Of a stretch of 64,000 nt of DNA, positions 32,390-46,867 are shown piece by piece; position 1 is the stretch's first letter; every line of letters begins with the position of its first letter. The notes beneath the pieces were generated by a model. That model searched no databases. It was not told the DNA's origin and saw only the letters and a list, made by a program, of their open reading frames with translations. Position numbers and translations under genes: made by a program. Origin of the DNA: the human T2T-CHM13v2.0 reference genome, Homo sapiens; assembly GCF_009914755.1 (NCBI RefSeq), contig NC_060947.1; one strand, given 5' to 3'.

Positions 32390-33667
32390 ATGAACAAGAT
32401 GCCTGCTGGTGAACAAGAATGTGAATATAACAAAGAAGGGAAGTACTACTCTAAAGGAGTTAAACTGGTGAGAAAAAAGAAAAAAATTCCTGGTTACCGT
32501 TGGGGGGACATTAAGATAAACATCATAGGTGAAAAGGATGATTTACCAATTCATTTCTGTGACAAATGTGATTTGCCTATTAAAATCTATGGGCGAATAA
32601 TTCCGTGCAAGCATGCTTTTTGCTATCACTGTGCTAATTTATATGACAAAGTCGGATATAAAGTATGTCCGCGCTGTCGTTATCCTGTGCTGAGAATTGA
32701 GGCGCATAAACGAGGTTCTGTCTTCATGTGTAGTATTGTTCAGCAGTGCAAGAGAACATACTTGTCTCAGAAAAGCTTACAGGCTCATATCAAACGCCGC
32801 CATAAGAGAGCTCGAAAACAAGTTACCAGCGCTTCGCTTGAAAAAGTTCGTCCTCATATTGCTCCGCCACAAACTGAAATCTCTGACATCCCTAAAAGAC
32901 TGCAAGACAGGGACCATCTAAGCTATATTCCACCAGAACAGCACACCATGGTGTCACTACCGTCTGTGCAACATATGCTACAAGAGCAACATAATCAGCC
33001 ACATAAGGATATCCAGGCTCCTCCCCCAGAACTATCTCTAAGTCTGCCTTTTCCCATCCAGTGGGAAACCGTTAGTATTTTTACGAGAAAACATGGCAAT
33101 TTAACAGTTGATCATATTCAGAATAACTCAGATTCTGGTGCTAAGAAGCCAACACCTCCCGACTATTATCCTGAGTGTCAAAGTCAACCAGCGGTATCGT
33201 CCCCTCATCATATTATACCTCAGAAACAGCATTATGCGCCACCTCCATCTCCATCATCACCAGTAAACCATCAAATGCCATATCCTCCTCAGGATGTAGT
33301 TACTCCTAACTCGGTTCGTAGCCAAGTGCCAGCTCTAACCACGACCTACGATCCATCATCTGGATATATTATTGTAAAGGTGCCACCTGATATGAATTCT
33401 CCTCCACTACGTGCTCCCCAGTCTCAAAATGGTAATCCATCTGCAAGTGAATTTGCTTCTCACCATTATAACCTTAACATTTTACCTCAGTTCACCGAAA
33501 ATCAAGAAACCTTGAGCCCTCAGTTTACACAAACAGATGCAATGGATCATAGAAGGTGGCCTGCATGGAAACGACTGTCACCTTGTCCACCAACGCGGAG
33601 TCCACCTCCTTCAACCCTACATGGTCGATCACATCATTCACACCAGAGAAGACATAGACGGTATTAA
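32390..33667 (+). CDS. CBLL2: CBLL2 (ZNF645), 425-aa E3 ubiquitin ligase; intronless retrogene of CBLL1/Hakai
   Basis: Single uninterrupted ORF. C3HC4 RING at C57-C96 (CDKC...CKHAFCYHC...CPRC), C2H2/HYB zinc ligands C114, C120, H133, H138, and a Pro/His-rich tail collinear with Hakai. Located downstream of PHEX as expected. Confidence 0.97.
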   Translation: MNKMPAGEQECEYNKEGKYYSKGVKLVRKKKKIPGYRWGDIKINIIGEKDDLPIHFCDKCDLPIKIYGRIIPCKHAFCYHCANLYDKVGYKVCPRCRYPVLRIEAHKRGSVFMCSIVQQCKRTYLSQKSLQAHIKRRHKRARKQVTSASLEKVRPHIAPPQTEISDIPKRLQDRDHLSYIPPEQHTMVSLPSVQHMLQEQHNQPHKDIQAPPPELSLSLPFPIQWETVSIFTRKHGNLTVDHIQNNSDSGAKKPTPPDYYPECQSQPAVSSPHHIIPQKQHYAPPPSPSSPVNHQMPYPPQDVVTPNSVRSQVPALTTTYDPSSGYIIVKVPPDMNSPPLRAPQSQNGNPSASEFASHHYNLNILPQFTENQETLSPQFTQTDAMDHRRWPAWKRLSPCPPTRSPPPSTLHGRSHHSHQRRHRRY

Positions 33668-33830
33668 GGATGATAACAGTATTTGGAACTGAAGACCTGA
33701 TGGGAAAAAAACCTTCAAGTTCTATACTGTACTGTGGATAAGCGGCTCAGTTCAGCAGAGCTGGAGTTGAACAACTTTGTTCCTCTGGTGTGGTAAATTG
33801 ACCTAAAGGTGACCTCTGACGATTTCCTGA

Positions 33831-33836
33831 AATAAA
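33831..33836 (+). promoter_or_regulatory. CBLL2: CBLL2 polyadenylation signal AATAAA
   Basis: AATAAA 164 nt after the stop, followed by the GU/U-rich tattgtggtttttattttt. Confidence 0.75.
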
Positions 33837-36502
33837 TATGCAATGTTACATTTTCAAAAGTATTGTGGTTTTTATTTTTTTTTTTTTTGGTGATATGTTA
33901 ACCTGTGTAAAAGGGTTAAATTTCAATACAGCTGTAAAAATGCTATTTTATGTGAACTCAAGCATAGTCACATGCTGTTTCTTAAACATATTTTACCACT
34001 GATTTCCCAAAGTACAATACAAATCCTAGAGGTAAAAATCTACTACAATGTACAGTTAAAGCAGACAGCTAAATGGTAGGTAATTATTTCACATTTTAGG
34101 AACTGAAATTTTAAGGTACAATAAGTGTATAGTGCATTTCGTTTGGATGCCTTTTCATTTTTAGGCAGCCGCAGAAGCACCAAAATATATCAGAATTCCA
34201 GTACTATGATAGATTTAAGTTTGCAATGTTAAAAAGCATTACTAAATCATTTGGAAAGATATGGCCAAAGTAATTGTATCTGTAGGCTCCAAGCTAGTGG
34301 GGACAATGTTACTTGTTAATGCTTTTTTTTTTTTTTTTACAGAATCGTTCAAATCACATAATGTACCACACTACTCTTAAGTAGCATTATTTTATAGCAC
34401 TGTTTAAATGGCGTCATTTACATGAAGTGTGTTCTACTTTGCTCATGCTCCTAAATTAAATATTCAGGACTGAATAAACTTTATTATAATTCTTCATTTC
34501 ATGGTAGAGTTTGATCCTGTTCTTATGTGGTTTTTTTTGTTTATTAGGTTTTAAACTACAGTTTGAATGCCATGGAGGAATTTGGATAATCTATTAATGA
34601 GAGGCATTGTTACAGTTACAGACTTGGACTTGCTTGGGTTGCATTATTGTGTGATAAGGGTTTTTCCTCTAACTTGAAATTAAAAACTACTAATTCTTTC
34701 CTATTTCTTTTCTTGGTAAACAGTCTAAACTTGGGACATTTTAGCACGAAGTTAACAGTAAAGACTACTAGATGACTTTGTATTGGAGAAAAGTAATGAC
34801 ATATGAATTTCACTGCTTTATTAAGTGTCTTTAGAATGAGCTTTTGCATTTTAGGGGCTTATTGCAGTCCAGCTATGATGACCACTTACACTTATACTTC
34901 TGTACTTTGTATAGAATTCATATGGATGAGCTGAGGTTCTTAGGGTATTTTATATCGTTTGAATAAACCCTCATGAAGATTTTTCTCCCCTTTCAGTAGT
35001 GCATAATATAAATATGAAATGTATAGTATGCAGATATTATTTACTAGATGGTTTATAGTACATAAATTTGGGAGATATTTCTTTTTAGCAAAGGATGAAC
35101 TGACGGCTAACTTATCATTTTACTCTGTTGGGTACAGGCAAAATAAATTCTTGTCTTGGCTGATCAGATGCTCTCTGAGCTTAGAGCTGAAGTTAGAAAT
35201 ATATAAATGGCCATTTTAACCTTGACCAGCCTAAAATAAGTAATAGACTCTTTTTTAAGTGAGTGATTTTTCATACCTAGCAATTTGAGAGTCTAATGTT
35301 AATGCACTATTTCTAGTGAAAAAGCCTTGTTATTAGGAGCATGGCATGTGATTATGCGAAATGTTGGTTGGTAAATGCTTCTATTATATTATTATAGGTA
35401 CTTGGACTGGTACACACTTGATTTCCTTTCTTACCTCTACTTAGAAGCTGTTAAAATATTACTGTTAAAATCCAATATAATTTTTTGTTTCATGTAATAA
35501 AAGCCAAATTCAATTTAAGTCTTCTCAACTATCTATGAAGAGCTCTTCTATGTTTATTGACATTCTCCAGGATTGAAGGCAGTATGAAACCACTTAAATG
35601 ATGCATTAGACAAAAAAAAGTATCCTTATGAAATTTTACATGTTAAAAGAAGCCTTTAAAAATTATTTATTTTCAGTTAGGTTTAGGCAATATGTTATTC
35701 AGCAAAGCAGAACAGATGAATGTGTTGTAGGAGATAAAATTTTTAAATGATATTGGTTATGAACTCATCCAGTTATGTTTGAATGATAGTGATGGGTAAA
35801 AGAATCACAAAATTACCATTAGTGTTTCTTTAAGGGAAAAATAATATGAATCCTTTCCTTTTACTCAGAGAAGGCTTTGAAGCTATAATGAGTATAAGTC
35901 TAAATTAAATTTATGTATGCTACATTACATTGCTCTGAAGACTACTGAGGTGGCAGTTTAAGTCTGAAAAACAATATGGATCCATAAATACTAAAAAATA
36001 AACAGAAATACCAGGGAAAGGGAAAATGAAGGTCGGATAAATAGTAAAATTGAGTCCAAGTTAAAGTTGGAAGCAAAAAATTTGCACAATTGCTTCCTGC
36101 ACTGTTGTTAATGATGGATGAAAAGTGTCTAAAGCAAACAGGCAAGATAAAAGCACGCACATTTCACGGGAAGCATAAGTGTGATACTGAGCAAAAGTTC
36201 TCTTGTGGTGCTCATAAAATGGTCATTAATATAGGGTTGTGATTCCTGATTCTGACAGCATGCATCTCCTGGAGCATCACCACAAATTAGCATCCTTTGC
36301 TTTACTTATTTTCAAAAGATTCTGAATCAGTAGGTTTTGGCAATGGATAGGGTTTAGTAATCTGTTCTTTCAGTAAGTATCCTAGGTGATTCAGAAACAG
36401 CTGACTCAAAAATTTCGTCACTGGACACCCAGTCTCTAGTCTCAGTGGTCTACCATCCATTCTGTACCCAGCAACCAAGGTAATCGTTTAAGAATGGAAC
36501 TC

Positions 36503-36829
<327 letters not shown>

Positions 36830-38877
36830 TCAAGTCCAATTCCTTTTTCATGACTGTATATGGTTAAACTCCTAGTGAATTTTCAAAACTCATAACCTAC
36901 CCTTCTCTCTCCGTTCCCCCTGTTCCAGCCATACAAACTTAAAAAAAAAAATCCTTGGACCACCAAATTCCTTCCTGCCTCACGTTTTACAGTTATTGCT
37001 TTTTTATTTTCTTTTTTTTTTTTTTTCCCCCTGCCTGGACCATCTTCCTACAAATCTTCTTAAGGCTGGCTCTCTCACTTCATGTTTCTGTTCAAATGCC
37101 TTCCCTGGCTACCCTGTGGAAAATAGCACTGCCCTCCACACACCCATCTCCTAACCCTGCTTTATTTTCCTTCATTCTCTATCACTACCTGTTATTACAT
37201 AACTAATTACTAATTGCTTTTTTTTTGTTTCCTCCAAAAAAATGTTATCTCCAGGAGAGGTGGGTCTTTGTACTAGTCCATTGAAGAAGGATGAAGAGTG
37301 ATATATAACAAAGCAGTTTTATTTTTCGTTCTTGCTGTTTTCTTCTTTTTACATTTTATTCTTTCCGAGGTGAAAATTGGGGCCATCTCATAACTTTCCT
37401 CTACAGTCTTAAATGGAAAGCTCTCTGATCAGTTATTAAAATGTCCAGTCTGATGGGACAGTCAAACTTTAGAACTGATTTAAGGGTGAGTCCTTTCCTT
37501 ACTTCCCTAGCTGTGGCTGGTGGAAGACCAGCAGTTAGGAAGAATGTTGTGGTCAACTTCTTGCCTTAACCACCTTTGCTTTGATTTCTTCTCCCCTATT
37601 TCATCAGGTGGAGGTCTTGGTCCTTCAGAGTTGGAATGCAAAGGATTGGGGCAGGAGAGGTGAGGGAAGTAGGAAAAGTCTTAACTTGGTTGGTACTATA
37701 TGAAACTGGGTTAGTAGTTTCTGGGCCCAACTTCAGGTTTTAAGAATTAATTTTTTCTTTCATTGACACTTTCATGGTTGGTAAGAAAGAATTGCTCTCA
37801 TTGATCCAGATCTCTACTTGTAGTTCCCGTGATGAATATGAATGCTTCTCTCTTCCAGTTAGTTCCCTAGTTCTTCCTCAGCCCCTGAGAATCTGGCAAT
37901 ACCTACAACTTCTCTTAGCTGAGTTGTGTTTATCCCTCCAGCTCCCTCTAGTGAGGGGCCATACCTGGCCCATGAGAAACACATCTCCTTTTCCCGGATA
38001 AACTCTGCGTGTGCTGGCCAATCTCAGTGTTGCCAGCTTCCTTTCCCTCAGCTGTCAAAGAAATTAGCCTGTCTCCTGCACCTTTGATTTTCCAGACACC
38101 AGTCCACAGTGTCCCTAATGTTCCAGAGAACAAATATTTAGCCCTTGGAGTGGGTCTCATTAAAGCACCTCTCTCCTGGGAGGTGATGTGGGAGGCATCC
38201 TTCATCCCTTTTCTAAGAGGAATGGTGGTGGTAGAACTCACAGCATAGCAAAATTTAGAGTCAGACTGTGTTCTTATTGGCCGGTGCTCATGACCTACTG
38301 TTTGTTAAATAATTTTATTATTACTCTAGATCCAACTATGCTTTATTTTCACATGGCTCAGAAACCCCAGATGGGAAAATGCAATCTGTTTGAATTGCGT
38401 CTACAAAAACAAAGGAAGGAGAAGTGCACAATTAAATGGATAATTCAGAAAAAAATGCCTCAGGTATTGAAATGTTCTTGGCAAAATTTTAGTATCTGAA
38501 TCATTCTAAAAAGTGTCAGAATTTGGCACATCTCCTAACGGTTCCAGTAACATTATGCTGAGTAAAATTATACATTTTTTTCTTTGACAAAATAGTCAAT
38601 AGATATATTTCATTTCCAATAGAAAGAACTAAGTCATTTTTTTAAGTATCTTTCAAGGTCAGCCCTAGGTAAAAATGTGGTATAGATGGAGTTCTATTTG
38701 GATGGGATAAAGTAGAGGTATAAAACTTTTTCCCTCTACTGAATAAAACTAGCATTTCTCATCACATATCATCACACAATAAGAAACAGATGGTCTGCTT
38801 ATTTTGCTGACCATCGCTCATTTGTGTTTAAACTTTTCCCCTAATAATTGACTTGGGTATTCTGTTTGGTTTATGCA

Positions 38878-39393
38878 TATGGCAGACTGATTGCAAAATT
38901 GGCCGCAATTCTTTACCCCTTCCCATGTGTCTTCACAGTTCCTCCTATCAAGAGGTAGTGTCTATTTTCTCACCTCTTTGAATATGATTTACTTTGGCCA
39001 ATAGAATGTGGTAGAAGTGTCAGCGTACCAGGTCTGAGCATAGAGGGCTTCTGTCCTCCCACCTCCTTTTAGAGCACTGCCTCCATGAGAGCAAACTTGG
39101 CCCACCTTGCTGAAAGATGACAAAACACACTGAAAACTCATTTTCCCCCCATTCAAAGCCATCCTAGACCAACTTGCAGTCAGCTAACTCCAAAACATGT
39201 GAGAATGCCCAACCAAGATTAGCATAGCTACCAACCCAACCCAAAGATGACTGCAGACCCATGCAGGAGCCCAGCTGAGACCAGAAGAACTACCCAGATT
39301 ATCTGTAGTTTTATGAGCAATAATATAAATGCTTATTGTTTTAAGTAACTGAGTTTTGGGATGATGGGTTACACAGCAGTAGCTAACTGATAC
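38878..39393 (+). mobile_element. MLT1-family (ERVL-MaLR) solo LTR
   Basis: ttggccaatagaatgtggtagaagtg and the terminal gttacacagcagtagctaactgataca. Confidence 0.8.
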
Positions 39394-40687
39394 AAGCCAT
39401 TTTTACTCCCATTTCCCCCCGTAGTTAGAGAATTACACACTGTCCAGTTTTACAATAAAATTAGCACTAATGTGAGATGTTTTCAAGATATGAATTATAA
39501 ATATTTGATGTTTAGACATGAAAAGAATTCACCTTTGAAAGGGTTTTTAAGTAGTAAACATTTTCTTCAGGTTTTGTCATCTTCACCTATTTTTCAATTT
39601 TCTCATTAATAGTCAAGTTATAAGGAGGATTAATCTTCAGTAAACTGCACAGTAACCTTGAGCAAATTGCAGAGGATTTAGCTTAAGCAGGCATTGCATA
39701 TGTAGCTGGTGTTACCTACAGTCTTGGTATACATGTGAAGTACCATGCTTATAAGCATAAATTCTTATTCCTAATTTTATCTTCTGAATAGGTGTCTTTG
39801 GATCTCCTGTATTTGTGGGAGCCCTTTATATAATAGCCAAGCTCTGGTGGCCTGATCTTACTTTGAAGATTTAGCCCTAAGTTTTGTGACAGGGCTGCAT
39901 TCACGTAGTACATACAGCCATAGTCACTGTGGAGCACAGTCTTTATCTTTGCATTTAAGGAGGTTCAAGTCAGCATGGGCTACCTTAGAGGAAAAACCTT
40001 TTAACCTCATCCTTTCATGGTTCCCAACAATTTGAAACAGCTTTCCAAATTGATGTCCTCAAACTTTCTCTTCCCTGTTTAGTCCAGCCTTTCCACCTCT
40101 CTCTGTTATATTTTAACACATATGAGAAAGCTATTAGTCCCCTAGTTGTGCATAAGCCTAGATGTCTGACACCAAGGCTGACATCACTTTGGATGCCACT
40201 TGACTCCATATTAGACAGTGAGGAGGCAGTTGGGCAAACATCTGTTTTAGGAACCAATATCAGCATAATCTCAGGTTTCCATTAGAATATACTTAAAAAT
40301 ACTTGTATTTTTAATTAAGAAAATTAGCTTTAAAATATTTTTCATGTTTTAGTTTATAAGAGCACTACATGCACATTATTAAATACAAACACAATATAGG
40401 AAAGGATAAATGCAAATTAAAGCAATCTGTGATTCTATAGGTGATTTTTTTCTGTATATATTTTTACATGCATTTATATGGTGCTCTGCAAAAGTTCCCA
40501 GAATGCACCTTTTCTGTAATCTATTATTAATTATTATTTAAATTAAATTACAGGGTCAACTTTTGAGTTTCAACTTCTGAAAGCAAATGACTTATTTGCA
40601 TTTTAGTACATAATGCCATTTGATATGCTTTAGTTGGGGCTCAATATACACAAATTATTTAATTTCTTACTGCTATGTCTATATGGT

Positions 40688-41008
<321 letters not shown>

Positions 41009-42614
41009 TATATGGTCTCTTAAAATTAAAAACATTGACTCTAATTTAGTCCATACCTTGCCCTATGTTGTACTGCAATCAGTATGCCTGGTTCTGTCTT
41101 CAGTGTAAAGACAGAACATATCCACAATCCCCGGGAATGGAACAAAATGGTAGCCAACTCTAAAACGTGCTTTGAGAAGGAGCATCCATCTCAGTCACTA
41201 TGATTACTAGTAGGTGCATTCTATCACAAATAAGTCATCACTAAATCCTTACTTACTCTGCTTTCCCTTTCCCATGCTTTTGACTCTGAAAGAGACCGGC
41301 CACACATTAGGCATGGGGAAGAATGAGAGGACATTGCACACTGTTTTACAAAAAGCATCTGACAAAACAAAACCATTTTTTATTTTTAAGAAGTCTTTAA
41401 GTAAACATTTTTATTTGATTTGAACACTATTTTATTTTGTGCTTTGATATCCTGGTAACTTATAGCTAATTAAAACCCTCATCTGGCCATATTCCCTTGG
41501 GTATAATGTAGGCACTTTATGCCCTGTGAATCCTAACTCAATCATCACCTCTCCCAGACAGTAGGCTCCTCCTCTAGGCATTCCTCTCTTGGTGAATGGT
41601 TCCAATAGCCAACCAAATGTATAAGCCCGAACCTTGGCAGTCATTCTCTTTTCTTCCACACTCCATTTTCACTTCCCATATTTAACTGGTAACCATGGTC
41701 TACAGACTCTATCTTTATGCTTCTCTCATGGCCATGCCATCCAAACCATTGCCTTTACCATGGTGCTGGCACTCGTTGCTCCTCAGGTGGACTCCTGGAA
41801 GAGCCTTCTTATTGCTTTCTCTGCTTCTGGTCTTATCACCAGCCCCACTCATCCAACACAGCTGCCAAGTATGCCTTCTAATGTGGAAGTCTGTTTTTAG
41901 ACATCAGTGGATCGCTGTAGCATTTGGGATAATGTCAGACTCCTTTGCTTAGCACAGAAAGGCCCTCATATCCGGCCTGTTTCCCTCTCTGGCTTCATTT
42001 CCCACCACCTGCCCTTGGGCATTCTTTTCTCCGGTTATACCTTTTCACTGTCCTAAAAACAAAAGCAGTTTCTCCTTTATGTCTTCTTATATGGGGTTGC
42101 CCTCTGCCAGACATATTCTTTTCCTTTGTTTCCCCCTCTCACTTTTCCGTGTCTTGTCTTTTTTCTTATTCACTTCTTTTAAAAATCTTTCTCCAGACAA
42201 GCACATGATTTTGATGCCTCTTCACTGTGATTGCTGGACTATTCGTGTGCTTACATCGTGCCAGTTAGCACACTGTATTTTAGTTGTTTACACGCCTTTC
42301 TCTTCCACTAGACCAGTGGGCCTCAAAATGACCAGCAATATCAGCAGCATCATCGGGGAATTTGTTAGAAATGCAAATTCCCAGGCCACACCCCAGATCA
42401 TAAGCTCTGAGGGTGAGACCCAGCAATTTGTGTCAAGAATACAGCATTCAATATTTTGTGATAGGAAAAGACTGGCAGGCCATGGTGGCATGCCTGGGAA
42501 TGATTTGGAAGAAGATGCATGAATGCTACATGAACACTGTCCTCTGTGCCAGCTTTTCTTAAATAGACCAACAACACTAAAGAAGTCCAGAATGCCCAGA
42601 AGCATTTCAACACT

Positions 42615-43114
42615 TGTATTCATTTGCTGCTATAGCAAATTACCACAAATTTAGTGGCTTAAAACAATAAAAGTTCATTATCCTACAACTTTGGAGGTCA
42701 GAAGTCTGAAGTAGGTCTCACTGGGCTAACATCAAGGTGTTAGCAAGGCTGAGTTCCTCCTGGAGACTTGAGGGGAGGACCCGTTTCTGAGCTTTTTCCA
42801 GCTTCTAGAGGCTGCCTACATTCCTTGGCTCATGGCCTCTTCCTCTATCTTCAAAGCCGGCAATGGCTGGTTGAATCTTTTTCATGGTGCCATCTCTCTG
42901 TTTCTGACTTTTCTGCTTCCTCTTCTCTATTTTTAAGGACCTGTGTGATTCCATTGGATCCACCTGGATAATCCAAGCTAATCTCCTTATTTTAAGTCAG
43001 CTGACTAGCAAACTTAATTTCGTCTTGCTGTGTAAATCATATATACACAGATTCCAGAGATCAGGATGTGGACTTTTATGGAGGGTAGAAAGGGATATTA
43101 TTCTGCCAACCACA
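42615..43114 (-). mobile_element. MLT1C-like solo LTR
   Basis: tgtatt...aaattaccacaaatttagtggcttaaaacaa...ggaggtcagaagtctgaa...ttattctgccaaccaca. Confidence 0.85.
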
Positions 43115-46100
43115 AAATTTATTCTTGACTTTTGGAGATTTGATTAAAATTGATATTGCCTTTTGCCTTAACTCTCAAGCTCTTTGGAGAAATCTAGGAT
43201 TCCCTTTTTTCATTGTCTTTCCTTGTGAAGAAAATGGTTTGAAAACTTTGTGGTGATTTAGTACGTTTTATTGAAAAGGGGATCCCTGCCCCCAGAACTT
43301 ACAGTAGTGGCTAATAGGAGAGAAGGACCAGTCCAACATGGACAAGTTTGGACCTACACTGGTCAGTACCGAAATGTATTTGTGGATGGTGTACCAGTGA
43401 CACGATGAGAGAAAGTAAATTGCAACCGAACAAGCTTGCTATCATTTATTATCCTTAAGCAACGGTTTCATCAATCTTCTGGTGAGAAAGGAAGAGTAGT
43501 TAAACTAGAATCCCTCTAAATCTGTTTGTGACTATGCATGCCTAATATTTACAGTTGCCCTGTTTGTAGAATATGCTTAAGTTTACTCTGCGCTGTGAAT
43601 TCAATACATAATTTTCAAATTAAGTGCAAGACTACTTACCTCAAGCTGAGTTTATTCTGTACTGTGAATTCAATAGTTAATTTTTAAAAACATATTTACT
43701 AATCCTGAATTGAAAGCTCCCTTCGGGTATTGTTAAGGAGAACAATGTGTACTAGGTAGAATATATCTGACATTTTTACTTACTATCTTACATCAAAATA
43801 GAAAGCCCTGGCAAACAGTACCTTTAGCCACTGAAGCAGAGGCCAGAACAAAATTTCTTTCAGTTTAAGTGTGTTGAAGGTAATAAAGACTGTGGTTTTA
43901 GTTGAAGGAAGAGAAGTTGTGAGAAAATTACCTGGCAATCTAAGCACAGAATGTCAAATTATTTACCTTATATGGCTTTTATTTTAGGGCAATACATTGT
44001 TATGTTCTGATCTTGAGGGTAACTTTTTGGCTTCATTTTGCATGTGTTATTAGAGCCAAACATGATCACCCAGATTGTTATAACTGCAGAAGTTTAGGGG
44101 CCATTGGGGTTGTGGATTCACTCTGGAAGGATAATGCATCTGTAATAACACAATGCAACAGTGACATATGAAGCTAAGAAATGTTACCTTGGGTTCAACG
44201 CATGGACCACTTGGCTAAACCGGAACATAGATGAGGAGAGGGGTGTAAGAGGACATTGATTTTTTTTTACATTCCTATAGTCCTTTCACAAAGGGAATGT
44301 GTAGGACATGTTTTCTTTTGACAGACCAGCTTTCATTCCCTTTGTTCACGAATCTGTCTCAGAGAAGAAGTTCACGCTTCTAAGAAATGACTTTGTTCCC
44401 CTCACCAGGCTCCAAATGGAAACTTTTCAAGGCCATATTTGCTGTGAGAGATATTTATCATGGAAGTTAAGTAACTTATGATTTAATTCAAGTGTCCTTT
44501 CAGCATTGAGAACAGGTTATTTTCTCCAGGAGGCCCCAGCAGGTTCCTGTTTTAAAGAAATTGAAAAGAAATATATTGCTTTCAACAGCCCCCAAATCAA
44601 TACCCCTTCAAATATAGATGGGACCAAGTTTCTTACACTTCTTATGTGGACTGAAGAATGCTGCTGACCTGAAGTCCTGTGCGATCATAATACTTAGACT
44701 TCAGCCATTGTACTCTGTGGTATGAATGACTGTGACTCTTCCCTTGCCATTCCAGATTAAAGTGACCAACCCTTGTGCACACCACACAGTAATGATGGTC
44801 TCTCATCCACCCATATTTAGAAACTCCCCTATAGAATAAATTTAGGATCAGACCATTTAAACATCAAAATGTATTTTGTTTCCTTCACCTTTTAAAAAAG
44901 CAACATAGGGAGAATCTCAGTCAGTGCTTGACTAAATAATATGTGTAATAAATATGGTAATTAGCTGCAAAGTCCTTTATAACAGAGTACCAATGTTTTA
45001 TTTATCTTCCCATCTTCCTCAGAATCTAACTGTGGCTTTCACAGAAAAGCTCAATATATGCCTATTAAATAAATGAATCAATCACTTCACACACCAATGC
45101 TATAAAAATGTCCACTTGTTTTTGGACTTGACGTGTAGATTTTTGGTGCTGGGAGAAGGATCTTGATTCTTTTGTACAGTTTCCATTTTTCTACTGAGAT
45201 TCTGAAAACTGATTTTTATCTCTTTGAATTTGGTGAGCATGTTTATTTTAAAGTGTTTGTCTGATATCTCCAGTATCCTTCCTTGTTATTCTATTTCTAT
45301 TGTTTTTCCCCCTACTGGTCTTAATTCATGTTATCTTATCTCTGGCCTGTCTGCTTCTGTTGGCATGTTGGACCTGGGATTTGAAAAACTGTTAGTACAA
45401 ATAATCTGAGCCCAAGGTGATGCTATTTTCCTCCTAAGAGGATTCTCATTTGCTTCTGCCAGATGCCCAAAGGCACTAGCAATCTTGATCACCTCTGTTC
45501 AATTTCAGGGATTGAGAGGATTAGACCTACAATCCCTGAAACAGCTCATGTACTTCCAGTTCACACTAATCTTATTAGGATGCAGACTTTTTGAGATCCA
45601 AGTCAAAATGAGGAAGGCTAACCAGCGCCCCTCCACCACCCACGTCTTGGTAGCTTCCAATGCCACTGGCCACTGTCTGTTCCTTTAGCTTCACCAGGTT
45701 GACTGAATTACTGCTTAGCCTCTCAGATGCCCCCTCCAGGACCATTAAACACCCCTAGAAGTAGAGTGTAAACACAGGGTTCATTTCTCAGGGCATCCAT
45801 TCTCCCCTGTGTTTTGTCCAGGTAATACTTCTCTATCTTATTATAAGGCCCTTAAGCAAATTTAAAAATATTTTGTAATACTTTTCTAGTTGTTCTGAGT
45901 GAGAAGGTGTAACCAAATTACCTAATCTGTTATTAGAAGTCCACTCATCTTAATTTTTATTATAGTTCTTATATATATAGATCTTGAAAACATTCTTCAT
46001 TGTCCATTGGTCCATTTTATTTCCTGTTTGTGAGTCTATTCTGCTAATTAGAAATGTTCATGTATTTGTTTTTGTGGCTAGCTTTATAATTATAATTTCA

Positions 46101-46327
46101 TATAATGCTTTTAATCTTCTATTTCTTCAGAAAGTATCTATTAATCTCTTATTTTGAGAAATGATACAATCAGTATGCTTCTTTCTTACCCCCACTCTAC
46201 CACTTGATTCAACCTGACTGTATTTAATTTCTTAATATTTATAGTGACACTGTTAAATGTATTTCTATTATTTCTTTTGTCGGTTTAAAACAGTATTTGA
46301 CATACAGCTATTGAAAACGACAGATTG

Positions 46328-46867
<540 letters not shown>

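Noticed and set aside
32697-32921. 74-aa alternative-frame ORF inside CBLL2
   Set aside because: Non-ATG start, no recognisable homology; a shadow of the main ORF.
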